NCBI GenBank assembly: GCA_963846795.1
Contig: CAWJXJ010000010.1
Location: forward strand, 35,673-99,672
Source of the DNA: an uncultured Acidobacteriaceae bacterium
GTDB taxonomy: Bacteria > Acidobacteriota > Terriglobia > Terriglobales > Acidobacteriaceae
Length of the DNA stretch: 64,000 nt
Direction of reading: 5' to 3'
The notes beneath the pieces are model-generated. The model made no database searches, was not told where the DNA came from, and saw nothing but the letters and a program-made list of their open reading frames with translations. How positions within the stretch are numbered: the first letter of the stretch is position 1; each line of letters opens with the position of its first letter. Shown piece after piece: positions 17,687 to 27,341 of this stretch. The position numbers and the translations under genes were made by a program.

Positions 17687-18961
17687 ATGGCAAGCATTGA
17701 TTCAACAAATGGCAGGGGCGGCACCATTCTGGTGGTGGGCGGCGGCATCGCCGGCATCACCACTGCCCTGGAAGCGGCCGAGGCCGGCTGTGACGTGGTG
17801 CTGATAGAGAAGTCGGCGACCCTGGGAGGGCGAGTCGCAGGCTTTAATCAATATTTCCCGAAACTATGTCCTCCCTCCTGCGGCCTCGAAATCAATTTCA
17901 AACGTCTGAATGCCAACCCGAGGGTGACGGTCCTCACCTTGGCGGAATTGGAAAGTCTTAGCGGCTCCCCGGGCAGCTATGAAGCCGTTGTGCGGATTGC
18001 GCCACGCTACGTCACCCAGGACTGCACTCTCTGCGGTGAATGTTCTGCGGTGTGTCCGGTAGAGGTTCGCGACGAGTTCAACTACGGCCTGACCAGCGTC
18101 AAGGCGGCACGGCTGCCACGACGCACAGCTTATCCCGCACAGTATGTTATCGACCGGGCGGCTTGTCCCGCCGACTGCCATGCCTGCGTGGATGCCTGCA
18201 AGTACCGGGCGATTGATCTGGAGCAACCGCCGGTTAAGAAGACGTTCAAGGTCGCATCCGTCGTAATGGCTACCGGATGGACGCCCTACGACGCCACCAG
18301 GATCGAGAACCTGGGCTTTGGCAAGTGCGCCAATGTTCTGACGAACGTCCTTTTCGAGCGGATGGCTGCCGCCGACGGGCCCAGCCAGGGAAAAATTCTC
18401 CGGCCTTCAGACGGCAAAGCGCCGAAGGCGGTTGCGTTTGTACAATGTGCCGGCTCGCGGGATGAGAATCACCTCCCCTACTGCTCGTCCGTCTGCTGCA
18501 CCGCCTCCCTGAAACACGCCACCTATGTTCGCAGCCAATACCCGGAAGCGAAGATCACGATGTTCTACATCGACCTGCGCGCTCCCGGACATTTGCAGGA
18601 GTTTGCCGCAAAGATCGTCGCTGCTAACAACATCGAGCTGATTAAAGGGAAGGTGGGAACGGTGAGGGAACATCCGGGCAGCCGCGATGTTTTGCTAGTT
18701 GCCGAGGACGTGCTCGGGGGACGAAAGATCATGCGGGAATTTGATCTGGTGGTGCTAGCTACCGGAATGGTTCCGCAAAACAAAGGAATAGCCTCGCAAG
18801 TGCAGCTCGATCAATTCGGCTTTGTGATAGACGGCGAACTTGGCATCTACGCCGCCGGTTGCGCCAAACGGCCGGCGGAGGTCTCGGCGTCGGTACGCGA
18901 CGCCACGGGCGCAGCGTTGCAAGCTTGGCAGATGGCCACGGGAGCGGTTCGTCATGGATAA
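17687..18961 (+). CDS. qmoA: Quinone-interacting membrane-bound oxidoreductase subunit A (HdrA-like flavoprotein).
   Basis: ILVVGGGIAGITTALEAAEAG, plus CGLEINFKR and CAGSRDENHLPYCSSVCC. Confidence 0.9.
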   Translation: MASIDSTNGRGGTILVVGGGIAGITTALEAAEAGCDVVLIEKSATLGGRVAGFNQYFPKLCPPSCGLEINFKRLNANPRVTVLTLAELESLSGSPGSYEAVVRIAPRYVTQDCTLCGECSAVCPVEVRDEFNYGLTSVKAARLPRRTAYPAQYVIDRAACPADCHACVDACKYRAIDLEQPPVKKTFKVASVVMATGWTPYDATRIENLGFGKCANVLTNVLFERMAAADGPSQGKILRPSDGKAPKAVAFVQCAGSRDENHLPYCSSVCCTASLKHATYVRSQYPEAKITMFYIDLRAPGHLQEFAAKIVAANNIELIKGKVGTVREHPGSRDVLLVAEDVLGGRKIMREFDLVVLATGMVPQNKGIASQVQLDQFGFVIDGELGIYAAGCAKRPAEVSASVRDATGAALQAWQMATGAVRHG

Positions 18962-21206
18962 GCGACTGGGCGTATATGTTTGCAGCGGCTGCTCCATCGG
19001 CGAATCGGTGGATGTCGATCAGCTCTCGAAGGTCGCTACCAGCGAATATCAGGCGCCGGTCTGCCGGACTCACCCCTTCCTATGTGGCGAAGAGGGCCTG
19101 AAGCTGATCCACGACGATCTGCAACAGGGCAACGTCAATGCCATCGTTGTGGCCGCTTGCTCCCCTCGGGTGAAGACCCGGCAGTTTGCTTTCAACTCCG
19201 GCTCGGTGATGGACCGCGTCAATCTGCGCGAGCAGGTGGCGTGGTGTCATGAAGCCCGGCACGAAGATACCCAGATGCTGGCCGAAGATCTGCTGCGCAT
19301 GGGTATCGTACGCGCGCAGAAGATGGAGCCCTTGGAGCCGCTGGCCGAAGAGATTTCGCGAGACATCCTCATCGTGGGCGGCGGAGTCACAGGCATTACC
19401 GCCGCGTTAGAAGCTGCCGATGCGGGTTTCGACGTTATCCTGGTCGAGACGCAGGCCGAACTGGGCGGCATGGCGCGTTCGATGAAGCGGGATATTCCCT
19501 CCCCCCCTTCTTACACCGAAGCCCAGCCTAACCGTCTGGCCGAGCAGATCAACGCTGTAACTTCGCATCCCCGGATCAAGCTGTATTGCTCGTCGAAAAT
19601 CGTCAAGACAGAGGGGCAGCCGGGACGATTTGACATCACGCTGGAGACCAACGGAGAGGTCACAACCCACCGCGCCGGCTCCATTCTGCTGGCTACCGGC
19701 TGGAAGCCCTACGATGCAACCAAGCTCACTGCGCTTGGCTACGGGTTGACGGATGTTGTCACCAACCTCGAGTTCGAGACTATGGCAGCCGAAGGCCTGA
19801 TCCACCAGCCCTCAACCGGCGAACCGGTGGACAGCGTCTTGTTTGTTCAGTGTGCGGGCTCGCGCGATCCCGATCATCTCCCCTATTGCTCTTCGACCTG
19901 CTGTGTAAACACCCTCAAGCAGACCGAGTACATGCGCGAGCAGAACCCTGAGGCACAGGTCTTCATTGTCTACAAGGACATGATGACCCCCGGAGCTTAC
20001 GAGAAGTACTACCAGAAGCTTCAGCAAGAGCCGCTCAACTTCTTTGTAAAGGGAGTTGTGACTGAAGTTGAACGATGCTCCGACGGAAGGGTCATGGTCG
20101 GGGTGGATCAAACTTTGTTGGGCGTACCGATGCAGATTCCGGTCGACCTGGTGGTGCTGGCTACCGGGATGGCGCCGAACTCAGCCGACGGACCTGCCAT
20201 CCGCACCTTGCATGATGCCGAGGCCAAAGCGCTCAGGAACGAATCCGACACCCAACGCCAGGAAGCGGAGAAGGTGGTCGAGCAGTACAAGCAGCACGCG
20301 GGCACGGAAATCCTGAACCTCACCTATCGCCAGGGCCCTGACCTGCCGGTGTTGCAGGATGGTTTTCCTGATTCGCACTTCGTCTGCTTCCCCTACGAGA
20401 CATTGCGTACCGGCATTTATGCTGCCGGCGCGGTGCGCGCGCCAATGGACTCAACCCTGGCCCGGGAAGACGCCCGCGGCGCGGTGATGAAATCCATTCA
20501 GTGTATACAGATGGCCACGCATGGCGAGGCGGTGCATCCGCGCGCCGGCGACCTCTCATATCCCAGCTTCTTCCTGCAGCGCTGCACCTCGTGCAAGCGG
20601 TGCACCGAGGAGTGTCCGTTTGGCTCCATCGATGAAGACGAGAAAGGCACGCCCAAGTTCAATCCTTACCGCTGCCGTCGTTGCGGTATCTGCATGGGGG
20701 CTTGCCCGGAACGCATTATCTCCTTCAAGAACTACTCGGTCGACATGATCGCCAGCATGGTGAAGGCGATTGAGGTGCCGGACGAAACCGAAGACAAGCC
20801 GCGCATTTTGATCTTTGCTTGCGAAAACGACGCCTATCCGGCGCTGGATATCGCCGGCATGAACCGGGCTTCCTACGACGCCAGCGTGCGTGTCATCCCT
20901 CTGCGCTGCCTGGGGTCGATGAACATTGTCTGGATCGCCGATGCGTTGTCGCGCGGCATTGACGGCGTGCTGCTGCTGGGGTGCAAGTTCGGCGAGGACT
21001 ACCAGTGCCACTTCGTGCATGGCAGCGAGCTGGCCAGCCGTCGGCTGGAAAACGTTAAAGACACATTGACCCGACTGCAGTTGGAGTCCGATCGCGTGCG
21101 GCTGGTACAGGTTCCGATGGACGGGGCGGCACAGTTGCCGAGCATCATCGACGAATTTGCCGAGAAAATTCGCGAACTAGGACCCAATCCTTACAAGGGC
21201 TTTTGA
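18954..21206 (+). CDS. qmoB: Qmo subunit B (HdrA-like flavoprotein with ferredoxin and MvhD-like domains).
   Basis: Start at MDKRLGVYVCSGCSIG (ATGGATAA overlap with qmoA). ILIVGGGVTGITAALEAADAG. Ferredoxin motifs CTSCKRCTEECP and CRRCGICMGACP. Confidence 0.9.
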   Translation: MDKRLGVYVCSGCSIGESVDVDQLSKVATSEYQAPVCRTHPFLCGEEGLKLIHDDLQQGNVNAIVVAACSPRVKTRQFAFNSGSVMDRVNLREQVAWCHEARHEDTQMLAEDLLRMGIVRAQKMEPLEPLAEEISRDILIVGGGVTGITAALEAADAGFDVILVETQAELGGMARSMKRDIPSPPSYTEAQPNRLAEQINAVTSHPRIKLYCSSKIVKTEGQPGRFDITLETNGEVTTHRAGSILLATGWKPYDATKLTALGYGLTDVVTNLEFETMAAEGLIHQPSTGEPVDSVLFVQCAGSRDPDHLPYCSSTCCVNTLKQTEYMREQNPEAQVFIVYKDMMTPGAYEKYYQKLQQEPLNFFVKGVVTEVERCSDGRVMVGVDQTLLGVPMQIPVDLVVLATGMAPNSADGPAIRTLHDAEAKALRNESDTQRQEAEKVVEQYKQHAGTEILNLTYRQGPDLPVLQDGFPDSHFVCFPYETLRTGIYAAGAVRAPMDSTLAREDARGAVMKSIQCIQMATHGEAVHPRAGDLSYPSFFLQRCTSCKRCTEECPFGSIDEDEKGTPKFNPYRCRRCGICMGACPERIISFKNYSVDMIASMVKAIEVPDETEDKPRILIFACENDAYPALDIAGMNRASYDASVRVIPLRCLGSMNIVWIADALSRGIDGVLLLGCKFGEDYQCHFVHGSELASRRLENVKDTLTRLQLESDRVRLVQVPMDGAAQLPSIIDEFAEKIRELGPNPYKGF

Positions 21207-21209
21207 TTT

Positions 21210-22391
21210 ATGGCAGAGAAGCTTGTACTGCAACCAGACGCGAGGTTTATCCAGGAGGCGATTGCCAACGGCGGCGAGTTCAAGCAGTGCATGCAGTGCG
21301 CCACCTGCAGCTCAACCTGCTCGCTCTCGACGGAAGAGAACCCGTTTCCCCGCCGCCCCATGCTGCTGGCGCAGTTGGGCATGGAGCGCGAGCTGCTTCA
21401 GGATCCCTCGCCCTGGCTCTGCTTCTATTGCGGCGATTGCTCCAAGTCGTGCCCTCGTCAGGCCAATCCCGCCGAGAGCATGATGGCGCTCCGCCGCTAC
21501 CTCACCACCCGCTACGATTGGACCGGCGTGTCGCGTTTCATGTACCGGTCGGCCTGGGCCGAACTGGGAGTGCTGGCCCTGGTGGCGGCTTTTATGGTGG
21601 CGCTGTTTACGCTCCCCCAGAGCTTTGGCTTTGGCCTGCTGGCCCGCTCCACCCCGGAAGCGCGCAATGTCGTTATGCTCGACAAGTTCGCGCCGACCAT
21701 GGTGGTACATCACGGCGATGCAATTCTGGCGTCCTTGTTAAGCTTCTTCCTGCTTACTAACGCAGCGCGCATGTTTATTTTCCTGACGCGAGGTAAAAGG
21801 GCGCCTTTGCGCGTCTACCTAGCGCAGCTTCCGGAATTTTTGATTCAGGCTGTGACCCAGATTCGCTGGAAGCAGTGCGAAGACAAAAATGCGATCACCA
21901 ACTGGGTGCGTCATCTGTTTCTTGTAACCGGCTACGGCACGATTTTCACATTGGTAGTTATCTTCCTACCCTGGTTCCAGGTAGAAGACAGTAGTTTCCA
22001 TTGGACCAGCCTGCTTGGTTACTACTCCACCGTCGTCCTCATTGCCGCAACCCTCTGGATTCTCATCGACCGGATGGGCAAGCGCACGGAGATGCATCGC
22101 TTCAGCCATCTTTCCGATTGGCTATTTCCTATTCTGTTGTTCCTTACCGCGGTTACCGGAATCGCAGTGAACATCCTGCGGCTGGAGAATCTGGCCATGC
22201 CCACGTACATCCTGTACACGGTACACATGGCAATCGCGGTGCCAATGCTGATTGTGGAGGTGCCTTTCGGTAAATGGGCCCACCTTCTGTACCGGCCGAT
22301 TGCAATTTATGTGGCGGCGGTGAACAGAAAGGAGTTCGCAGCGTCAGGGCAGCAAGCCGCCATGGCAGCCCAAGCCGTCGATCCGGCGTAG
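21210..22391 (+). CDS. qmoC: Qmo subunit C (HdrC-like Fe-S domain fused to an HdrE/NarI-like membrane domain).
   Basis: CMQCATCSSTC and CFYCGDCSKSCP, followed by multiple hydrophobic helices. Confidence 0.9.
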   Translation: MAEKLVLQPDARFIQEAIANGGEFKQCMQCATCSSTCSLSTEENPFPRRPMLLAQLGMERELLQDPSPWLCFYCGDCSKSCPRQANPAESMMALRRYLTTRYDWTGVSRFMYRSAWAELGVLALVAAFMVALFTLPQSFGFGLLARSTPEARNVVMLDKFAPTMVVHHGDAILASLLSFFLLTNAARMFIFLTRGKRAPLRVYLAQLPEFLIQAVTQIRWKQCEDKNAITNWVRHLFLVTGYGTIFTLVVIFLPWFQVEDSSFHWTSLLGYYSTVVLIAATLWILIDRMGKRTEMHRFSHLSDWLFPILLFLTAVTGIAVNILRLENLAMPTYILYTVHMAIAVPMLIVEVPFGKWAHLLYRPIAIYVAAVNRKEFAASGQQAAMAAQAVDPA

Positions 22392-22517
22392 TGGGCTCGG
22401 TAGCGGCTTCAAATTGAATTGAGTGAAATGCGCAAGTTGGACTTATCGATTTCTGATACGGGAGTAGATAGCAGAATTCAAACTTAACTTCATTGCGAGT
22501 AGTCAAGGAGACATACA

Positions 22518-23783
22518 ATGGCGACGCTAGTTCCGCCCCATGGCAGTCCGGAGCTGAAGGTTCTCCTGCTTGATGGCAAAGCCAAGGCAGAAGAAATAAA
22601 GAAAGCAAATACTCTTAAAAAAATACCTCTCACCAGCCGGGAAACCGGCGACCTGATCATGATGGGCATCGGGGCCTTCACCCCGCTCGATGGCTTCATG
22701 GGCAAGGACGACTGGAAGGGCTGCTGTGACGAGTACAAGCTGCCCAGCAGGAACAACCTGTTCTGGCCGATTCCGATTACGCTCTCCGCCGACGAGGATC
22801 TTGCGAAGTCGATTGCTATCGGCGAGGAAGTGGCCCTCTGGGATGTCGAAACCGACTCGCTTGTGGGCACCATGCAGGTGAACGAGAAGTACACCATCGA
22901 CAAGGAGCACGAGTGCAAGCAGGTCTTCCGCACCACCGACCCGAAGCACCCAGGCGTGCAGAAGGTAATGGAGCAGGCGGCGGTGAACCTTGCCGGTCCG
23001 GTGAAGGTAGTCTCGGAGTCGTATTTCCCCGAGGATTTTCCAGAGATCTATCAGCGGCCGGCCGACGCGCGCAAGCGGTTCGCGGAGCGCGGCTGGACGA
23101 CTGTCGCTGCACTACAGTTGCGCAACCCGATGCACAACTCGCATGCTTATCTGGCATGGATTGCCATCGAAGTCTGCGACGGCGTTTACGTGCATCAATT
23201 GCTGGGCAAACTGAAGCCTGGCGACATCCCGGCCGACGTTCGCGTGAAGGCGATTGATGCGCTGGTAAACAAGTACTTCCGCAAGGAACGCGTGATCCAG
23301 GGTGGCTATCCCATGGAAATGCGGTATGCCGGTCCGCGCGAAGCCCTGTTGCACGCGTTGTTCCGCCAGAACTATGGATGCTCGCACCTCATCGTGGGCC
23401 GCGATCATGCCGGAGTAGGCGACTACTACGGGCCATTCGATGCTCAGAAGATCTTTGCCGAGATACCGGCAGGAGCCATGGCGATCCAGCCGCTGTGCAT
23501 GGACTGGACGTTCTACTGCTACGAGTGCGGCAGCATGGCCTCGATGAAGACCTGCCCACATGAGAGCAAGGCTGTGATCGATGACAGCGGCAACTACAAA
23601 GGCGGGGCTCGCCTACTGTTGTCGGGTACTCTGTTACGCAAGCTGATGAGCGAGGGCAAGCCGGTTCCGGCGGAATTCTCCAAGCCTGAGGTCATCGCCG
23701 TCCTGAAACAGTACTACGACACGCTCGAAGAAAAGGTCGAAGTTGAGCTCCACGGAGCAGCGACCGGAGCGGTCAAGAAATAA
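22518..23783 (+). CDS. sat: Sulfate adenylyltransferase (ATP sulfurylase).
   Basis: 421 aa with the [12 protein letters not shown] and GRDHAGVG motifs. Confidence 0.95.
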   Translation: MATLVPPHGSPELKVLLLDGKAKAEEIKKANTLKKIPLTSRETGDLIMMGIGAFTPLDGFMGKDDWKGCCDEYKLPSRNNLFWPIPITLSADEDLAKSIAIGEEVALWDVETDSLVGTMQVNEKYTIDKEHECKQVFRTTDPKHPGVQKVMEQAAVNLAGPVKVVSESYFPEDFPEIYQRPADARKRFAERGWTTVAALQLRNPMHNSHAYLAWIAIEVCDGVYVHQLLGKLKPGDIPADVRVKAIDALVNKYFRKERVIQGGYPMEMRYAGPREALLHALFRQNYGCSHLIVGRDHAGVGDYYGPFDAQKIFAEIPAGAMAIQPLCMDWTFYCYECGSMASMKTCPHESKAVIDDSGNYKGGARLLLSGTLLRKLMSEGKPVPAEFSKPEVIAVLKQYYDTLEEKVEVELHGAATGAVKK

Positions 23784-23893
23784 CCCTGTCGCTGGCACCC
23801 CTTTTTTACCGGGTTGCGAGTGGCAGTGAACTTCAGATGCAGCCTGTACCGGTGACTCTGGCGCAGGCCGCATCTGCTGGTGGAGAGAACGCC

Positions 23894-24703
23894 ATGGCTG
23901 TGATTACGATTTCCAGAGGATCGTTCAGCGGCGGCAAAATTCTGGCGGAATGTCTCGCAAAACAACTCGGTTACCGCTGCATCGACCGCGAGGTTATCGT
24001 CGCGAAAGCGGCAGCTTACGGCGCCTCGGAGCAGGAAATCAACGAGGCCCTGGAGAAGTCGCCGACCTTTCTTGATCGTTTCAACCACAAGCGCTACCTG
24101 TATCTGGCATTGGTACAGGCGGCCCTGACCGAAGAAGTGCGCGACGGACGGGCAGTCTATCACGGGCTGGCGGGACATCTGCTGCTGAAGGGCGGACGAC
24201 CCATTTTGCGCACCCGGATCATTGCACCAATGGAGATGCGCATTGAGATGATCCGCAAGCGGCTCAAGTACGACCGCAATGAAGCCATCGCTTGTATCGA
24301 GAAGGTCGACCAGCAACGAAAACGATGGACCCAATTCCTCTACGGCGTGGACTGGGGCGATCCGTCGCTCTATGACATCGTCATCAATTTGGAATACATC
24401 GATGTGGAACAAGCCTGCCGGATCATCTGTTCAGTTGTCAGCGACCGGCGTTTTGAGTTTACGCCGGAATGCCGGCAACAGATGGATGATTTGGCATTAG
24501 CCAGCCGTGTGCGCGCGGACCTGGCGATTAACCGGGAAACCTTCGGACTGGAATTCGAAGTGTCCGCCGATTGCGGTGTGGTTACGATTCGGGGGAAGGT
24601 TTCCGAACTTTACCAGATGGAGAAGATCCAGCGCGTAGTTTCAGAAGTGCCGGGGGTTAAGCAGCTTAATCTCGATCATCTGGCGCTGCCGGTGCGTGCT
24701 TGA
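23894..24703 (+). CDS. Cytidylate-kinase-like family protein with a C-terminal BON-like domain (paralog 1).
   Basis: MAVITISRGSFSGGKILAECLAKQLGY...; YDIVINLEYI; C-terminal VVTIRGKVSELYQMEKIQRVVSEVPGVKQLNLD. Confidence 0.7.
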   Translation: MAVITISRGSFSGGKILAECLAKQLGYRCIDREVIVAKAAAYGASEQEINEALEKSPTFLDRFNHKRYLYLALVQAALTEEVRDGRAVYHGLAGHLLLKGGRPILRTRIIAPMEMRIEMIRKRLKYDRNEAIACIEKVDQQRKRWTQFLYGVDWGDPSLYDIVINLEYIDVEQACRIICSVVSDRRFEFTPECRQQMDDLALASRVRADLAINRETFGLEFEVSADCGVVTIRGKVSELYQMEKIQRVVSEVPGVKQLNLDHLALPVRA

Positions 24704-24743
24704 CTGTCAGGGAAATGTCTTAGCCGGATAAAGGGTAGAGGCA

Positions 24744-25658
24744 ATGCATATATTTCTTCCAGTTGCAGGGATCAGCATCAATTTGCTCTTGCTCGTTGCA
24801 GTGGGCGCGGTGGTGGGTGTACTCACCGGTCTACTCGGAGTGGGCGGCGGTTTTCTGCTTACGCCAGTGTTGATGATGATTGGAGTGCCCCCTACAGTTG
24901 CTGCCGCATCCAGCACAAATTCGCTGGTGGCTACATCCTCCTCGGGCGTCGCGGCCCATTTTCGACTGGGGAATGTCGACTTAAAGCTGGGCAGCATAAT
25001 GCTGTTGGGAGGACTCGCCGGGGCAGAGGTAGGAGTCCAATTCATCAAATTTTTGCGCAGCACCGGAAATGCAGACTTCGTGATCACCGTCACCTATGTT
25101 GTGGTGCTGGGATCAGTTGGCAGCTTGATGTTCATTGAGAGCTTGTATAGCATGCATCGCGGCGTTATGGTCGCGGGCGGTTCCCGGAAAACGGAACGTA
25201 ACGGTCTGTTGCAACGGCTCCCCTTTCAAATGGATTTTCCCCGTTCCAACGTTCAGCATTCGGTTCTGGTGCCGTTCCTTTTGTGTTCGCTGGTGGCAAT
25301 TTTGGCGGCCATTATGGGAGTAGGTGGTGGTTTTATTATGGTGCCGATGATGGTCTATCTGCTGCGGATGTCAATGCACGTAGCCATAGGCACGGATCTT
25401 TTCCAGATCCTGTTTACCTGCGCCGGACTTACCCTCATGCAAGCGGTGAGTAACCAAACCGTCGACGTGGTGATTGCTCTGCTGTTGGCCGGCGGATCGA
25501 CTATAGGTGCACAGATCGGTGCAAGGCTCGCCCGGGTGCTGCGCGGAGATCAGCTCAAAATTGTGCTCGCCACCCTGGTTTTGCTGGTCACCGTCAAGAT
25601 GGGCTACAGCCTGATGGTCACGCCTTCAAACTTGCTGTCCTATGCTGGAGGGCAGTGA
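24744..25658 (+). CDS. TauE/SafE (TSUP) family anion/sulfite exporter-like permease.
   Basis: Two half-repeats carry GVGGGFLLTPVLM and GVGGGFIMVPMMVY. Polytopic membrane protein. Confidence 0.85.
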   Translation: MHIFLPVAGISINLLLLVAVGAVVGVLTGLLGVGGGFLLTPVLMMIGVPPTVAAASSTNSLVATSSSGVAAHFRLGNVDLKLGSIMLLGGLAGAEVGVQFIKFLRSTGNADFVITVTYVVVLGSVGSLMFIESLYSMHRGVMVAGGSRKTERNGLLQRLPFQMDFPRSNVQHSVLVPFLLCSLVAILAAIMGVGGGFIMVPMMVYLLRMSMHVAIGTDLFQILFTCAGLTLMQAVSNQTVDVVIALLLAGGSTIGAQIGARLARVLRGDQLKIVLATLVLLVTVKMGYSLMVTPSNLLSYAGGQ

Positions 25659-25703
25659 CATGGCAAGGCTTTATGCCTGCAAAGGTCTTAAAGAGAGGTA
25701 AAG

Positions 25704-26525
25704 ATGGCATTGCTGCTGATCTCACGAGGATCGTTTTCCGGCTGCCAGTTGATGAGCCAATGCCTGTCGAAATCGACTGGAATTCGGTGCCTAACCCGCG
25801 AGGATCTGATCGCGGCAGTGAATACCCATGGCGAACTGGCCAACAAAGTCCTAGCCAGTATGGCGAAGGCCGCCCACGATTACGGTCAGTTGAGCGCACT
25901 GCGCCGCCCCTACAAGATCCTGATGCAAAGGGCGCTTCTGGGATATGCGCGAGAGGGCGACATTGCCTACTTCGGTTACTCCGGACACCTGCTGCTGTCT
26001 GGGATTGCTCATGCGATCCGGGCGCGCGTCATCATGCCGGTGCAGCAGCGAGTCGAGCTGTTGAGGAAGAGCGAAGGGGTAACGGAGGCGGAGGCCCGCG
26101 AACGCATTTACCGGGAAGACGAGGAGCGCAGCCGCTGGACCCGCTTCATGTATGGCAAGAACCTAAGTGATCCTGCCCTGTTCGATACCTGTATCAACCT
26201 GAAACATATCTCCTACGGCACCGCCTGCTGCATCCTGCAAGGTCTGATGCAGCAACATGAGTTCCAGCCTACGCCCGAATCGTTGACCGCGATCGAAAAC
26301 AGCTATCTCTCCGCTTGCGTTTTAGCAGCGCTGGTTAGTAATCCCCAAACCGCCGAGCTTGCGATGGGAGCAACCGCCGAAGACGGCTGCGTAACACTCG
26401 AGGGTCCATATCTGCCTGAGGCAGAGCGCGCCGTGGTCCTCGACCTCGCCCATGCCGTTCCGGATATCGTGCAGGTGCGATACACCGAAGGGTACGCTCC
26501 GCCGTTTGACTTGGCTGCTTCATAA
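25704..26525 (+). CDS. Cytidylate-kinase-like family protein with a C-terminal BON-like region (paralog 2).
   Basis: MALLLISRGSFSGCQLMSQCLSKSTGI... Same architecture as 23894..24703 (RSRWTRFMYGKNLSDPALFDTCINL). Confidence 0.7.
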   Translation: MALLLISRGSFSGCQLMSQCLSKSTGIRCLTREDLIAAVNTHGELANKVLASMAKAAHDYGQLSALRRPYKILMQRALLGYAREGDIAYFGYSGHLLLSGIAHAIRARVIMPVQQRVELLRKSEGVTEAEARERIYREDEERSRWTRFMYGKNLSDPALFDTCINLKHISYGTACCILQGLMQQHEFQPTPESLTAIENSYLSACVLAALVSNPQTAELAMGATAEDGCVTLEGPYLPEAERAVVLDLAHAVPDIVQVRYTEGYAPPFDLAAS

Positions 26526-26536
26526 GGAGAACGGAA

Positions 26537-27316
26537 ATGGTTAGCGTCCCCCTCGAACCACAAGCTGCGGACGTCATCACCGACATCAAAGGTCTGCTCG
26601 CCAAGGGCGTCGACTGCGAAGAGAAGCAGATCGAGCTGATTGAAGAGCAGAACGAAATGGCGAAGCAGCGGACAGATGCCACAGCGAACCTGCTGCAGTA
26701 CTCCTCAACCACAGCCAGGCTCACCGAAGATCAGACAGCCATGGCGCGGGAAAGGACGTCGCTCACGCGGGCGCAGACCAATCTGTCGACGCGTAGCACA
26801 GAGCTGGCGTATATCCGCACCGACCTGGGTCGGGAACGCACTACCATGGCAGAACAGCGGACCGAGCTGGCGCTGCATCGCAATGAGCTCGCACGACAAC
26901 GTACAGGCCTTGCGTTTACAAGAACGCAACTGGCCAAAGACCGAAACCAGCTCGCTGACCAGCGCACCGTCCTCTCCCAACGACGGACCGATCTGGCGCA
27001 AGAGAGAAACGACTTTGCCGCCAGGCGAACCATGTGGGCGGTTACCCGCACCCGGCTGTCCGTGCAGAGAACCGAATTGGCCAGGGGCAGGACCTTTTTG
27101 GCGGTTATGCGAACCGGATTGGCCTTCCTGGTTCTCGGGCTAACGCTCTTCCGTTACTTTGGGATTTCCAAGTGGACGTTTTTTGATGCCGCCCTTGTGG
27201 CTTGCAGTTTGTTCCTGATTACGTGGGGTGCCAGGGGCTATCATCTGGCGTACAAGAATGATCGCCGGATTGAGGAGCGGCTCACTACCGATCCCGGGCT
27301 GAGGGCTTCCGTCTGA
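26537..27316 (+). CDS. DUF202/YidH-like membrane protein with an expanded heptad-repeat N-terminal domain.
   Basis: About 20 consecutive x-L-A-x-x-R-T heptads, then two hydrophobic helices (GLAFLVLGLTLFRYF, FFDAALVACSLFLITWG). Confidence 0.75.
   Translation: MVSVPLEPQAADVITDIKGLLAKGVDCEEKQIELIEEQNEMAKQRTDATANLLQYSSTTARLTEDQTAMARERTSLTRAQTNLSTRSTELAYIRTDLGRERTTMAEQRTELALHRNELARQRTGLAFTRTQLAKDRNQLADQRTVLSQRRTDLAQERNDFAARRTMWAVTRTRLSVQRTELARGRTFLAVMRTGLAFLVLGLTLFRYFGISKWTFFDAALVACSLFLITWGARGYHLAYKNDRRIEERLTTDPGLRASV
26654..27115 (+). repeat. Intragenic 21-nt-period (heptad) tandem repeat.
   Basis: EMAKQRT...AMARERT SLTRAQT NLSTRST ELAYIRT DLGRERT TMAEQRT ELALHRN ELARQRT GLAFTRT QLAKDRN QLADQRT VLSQRRT DLAQERN DFAARRT MWAVTRT RLSVQRT ELARGRT FLAVMRT, with no register break. 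Confidence 0.85.
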
Positions 27317-27341
27317 ACCTAGCACGGCGCGCAACGGGAGG

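Noticed and set aside
26640-27143. Alternative-frame ORFs (167, 98 and 106 aa) inside the DUF202 heptad-repeat gene.
   Set aside because: They are a by-product of the 21-nt periodic sequence keeping other frames open. The annotated frame alone gives the DUF202 signature and TM helices.
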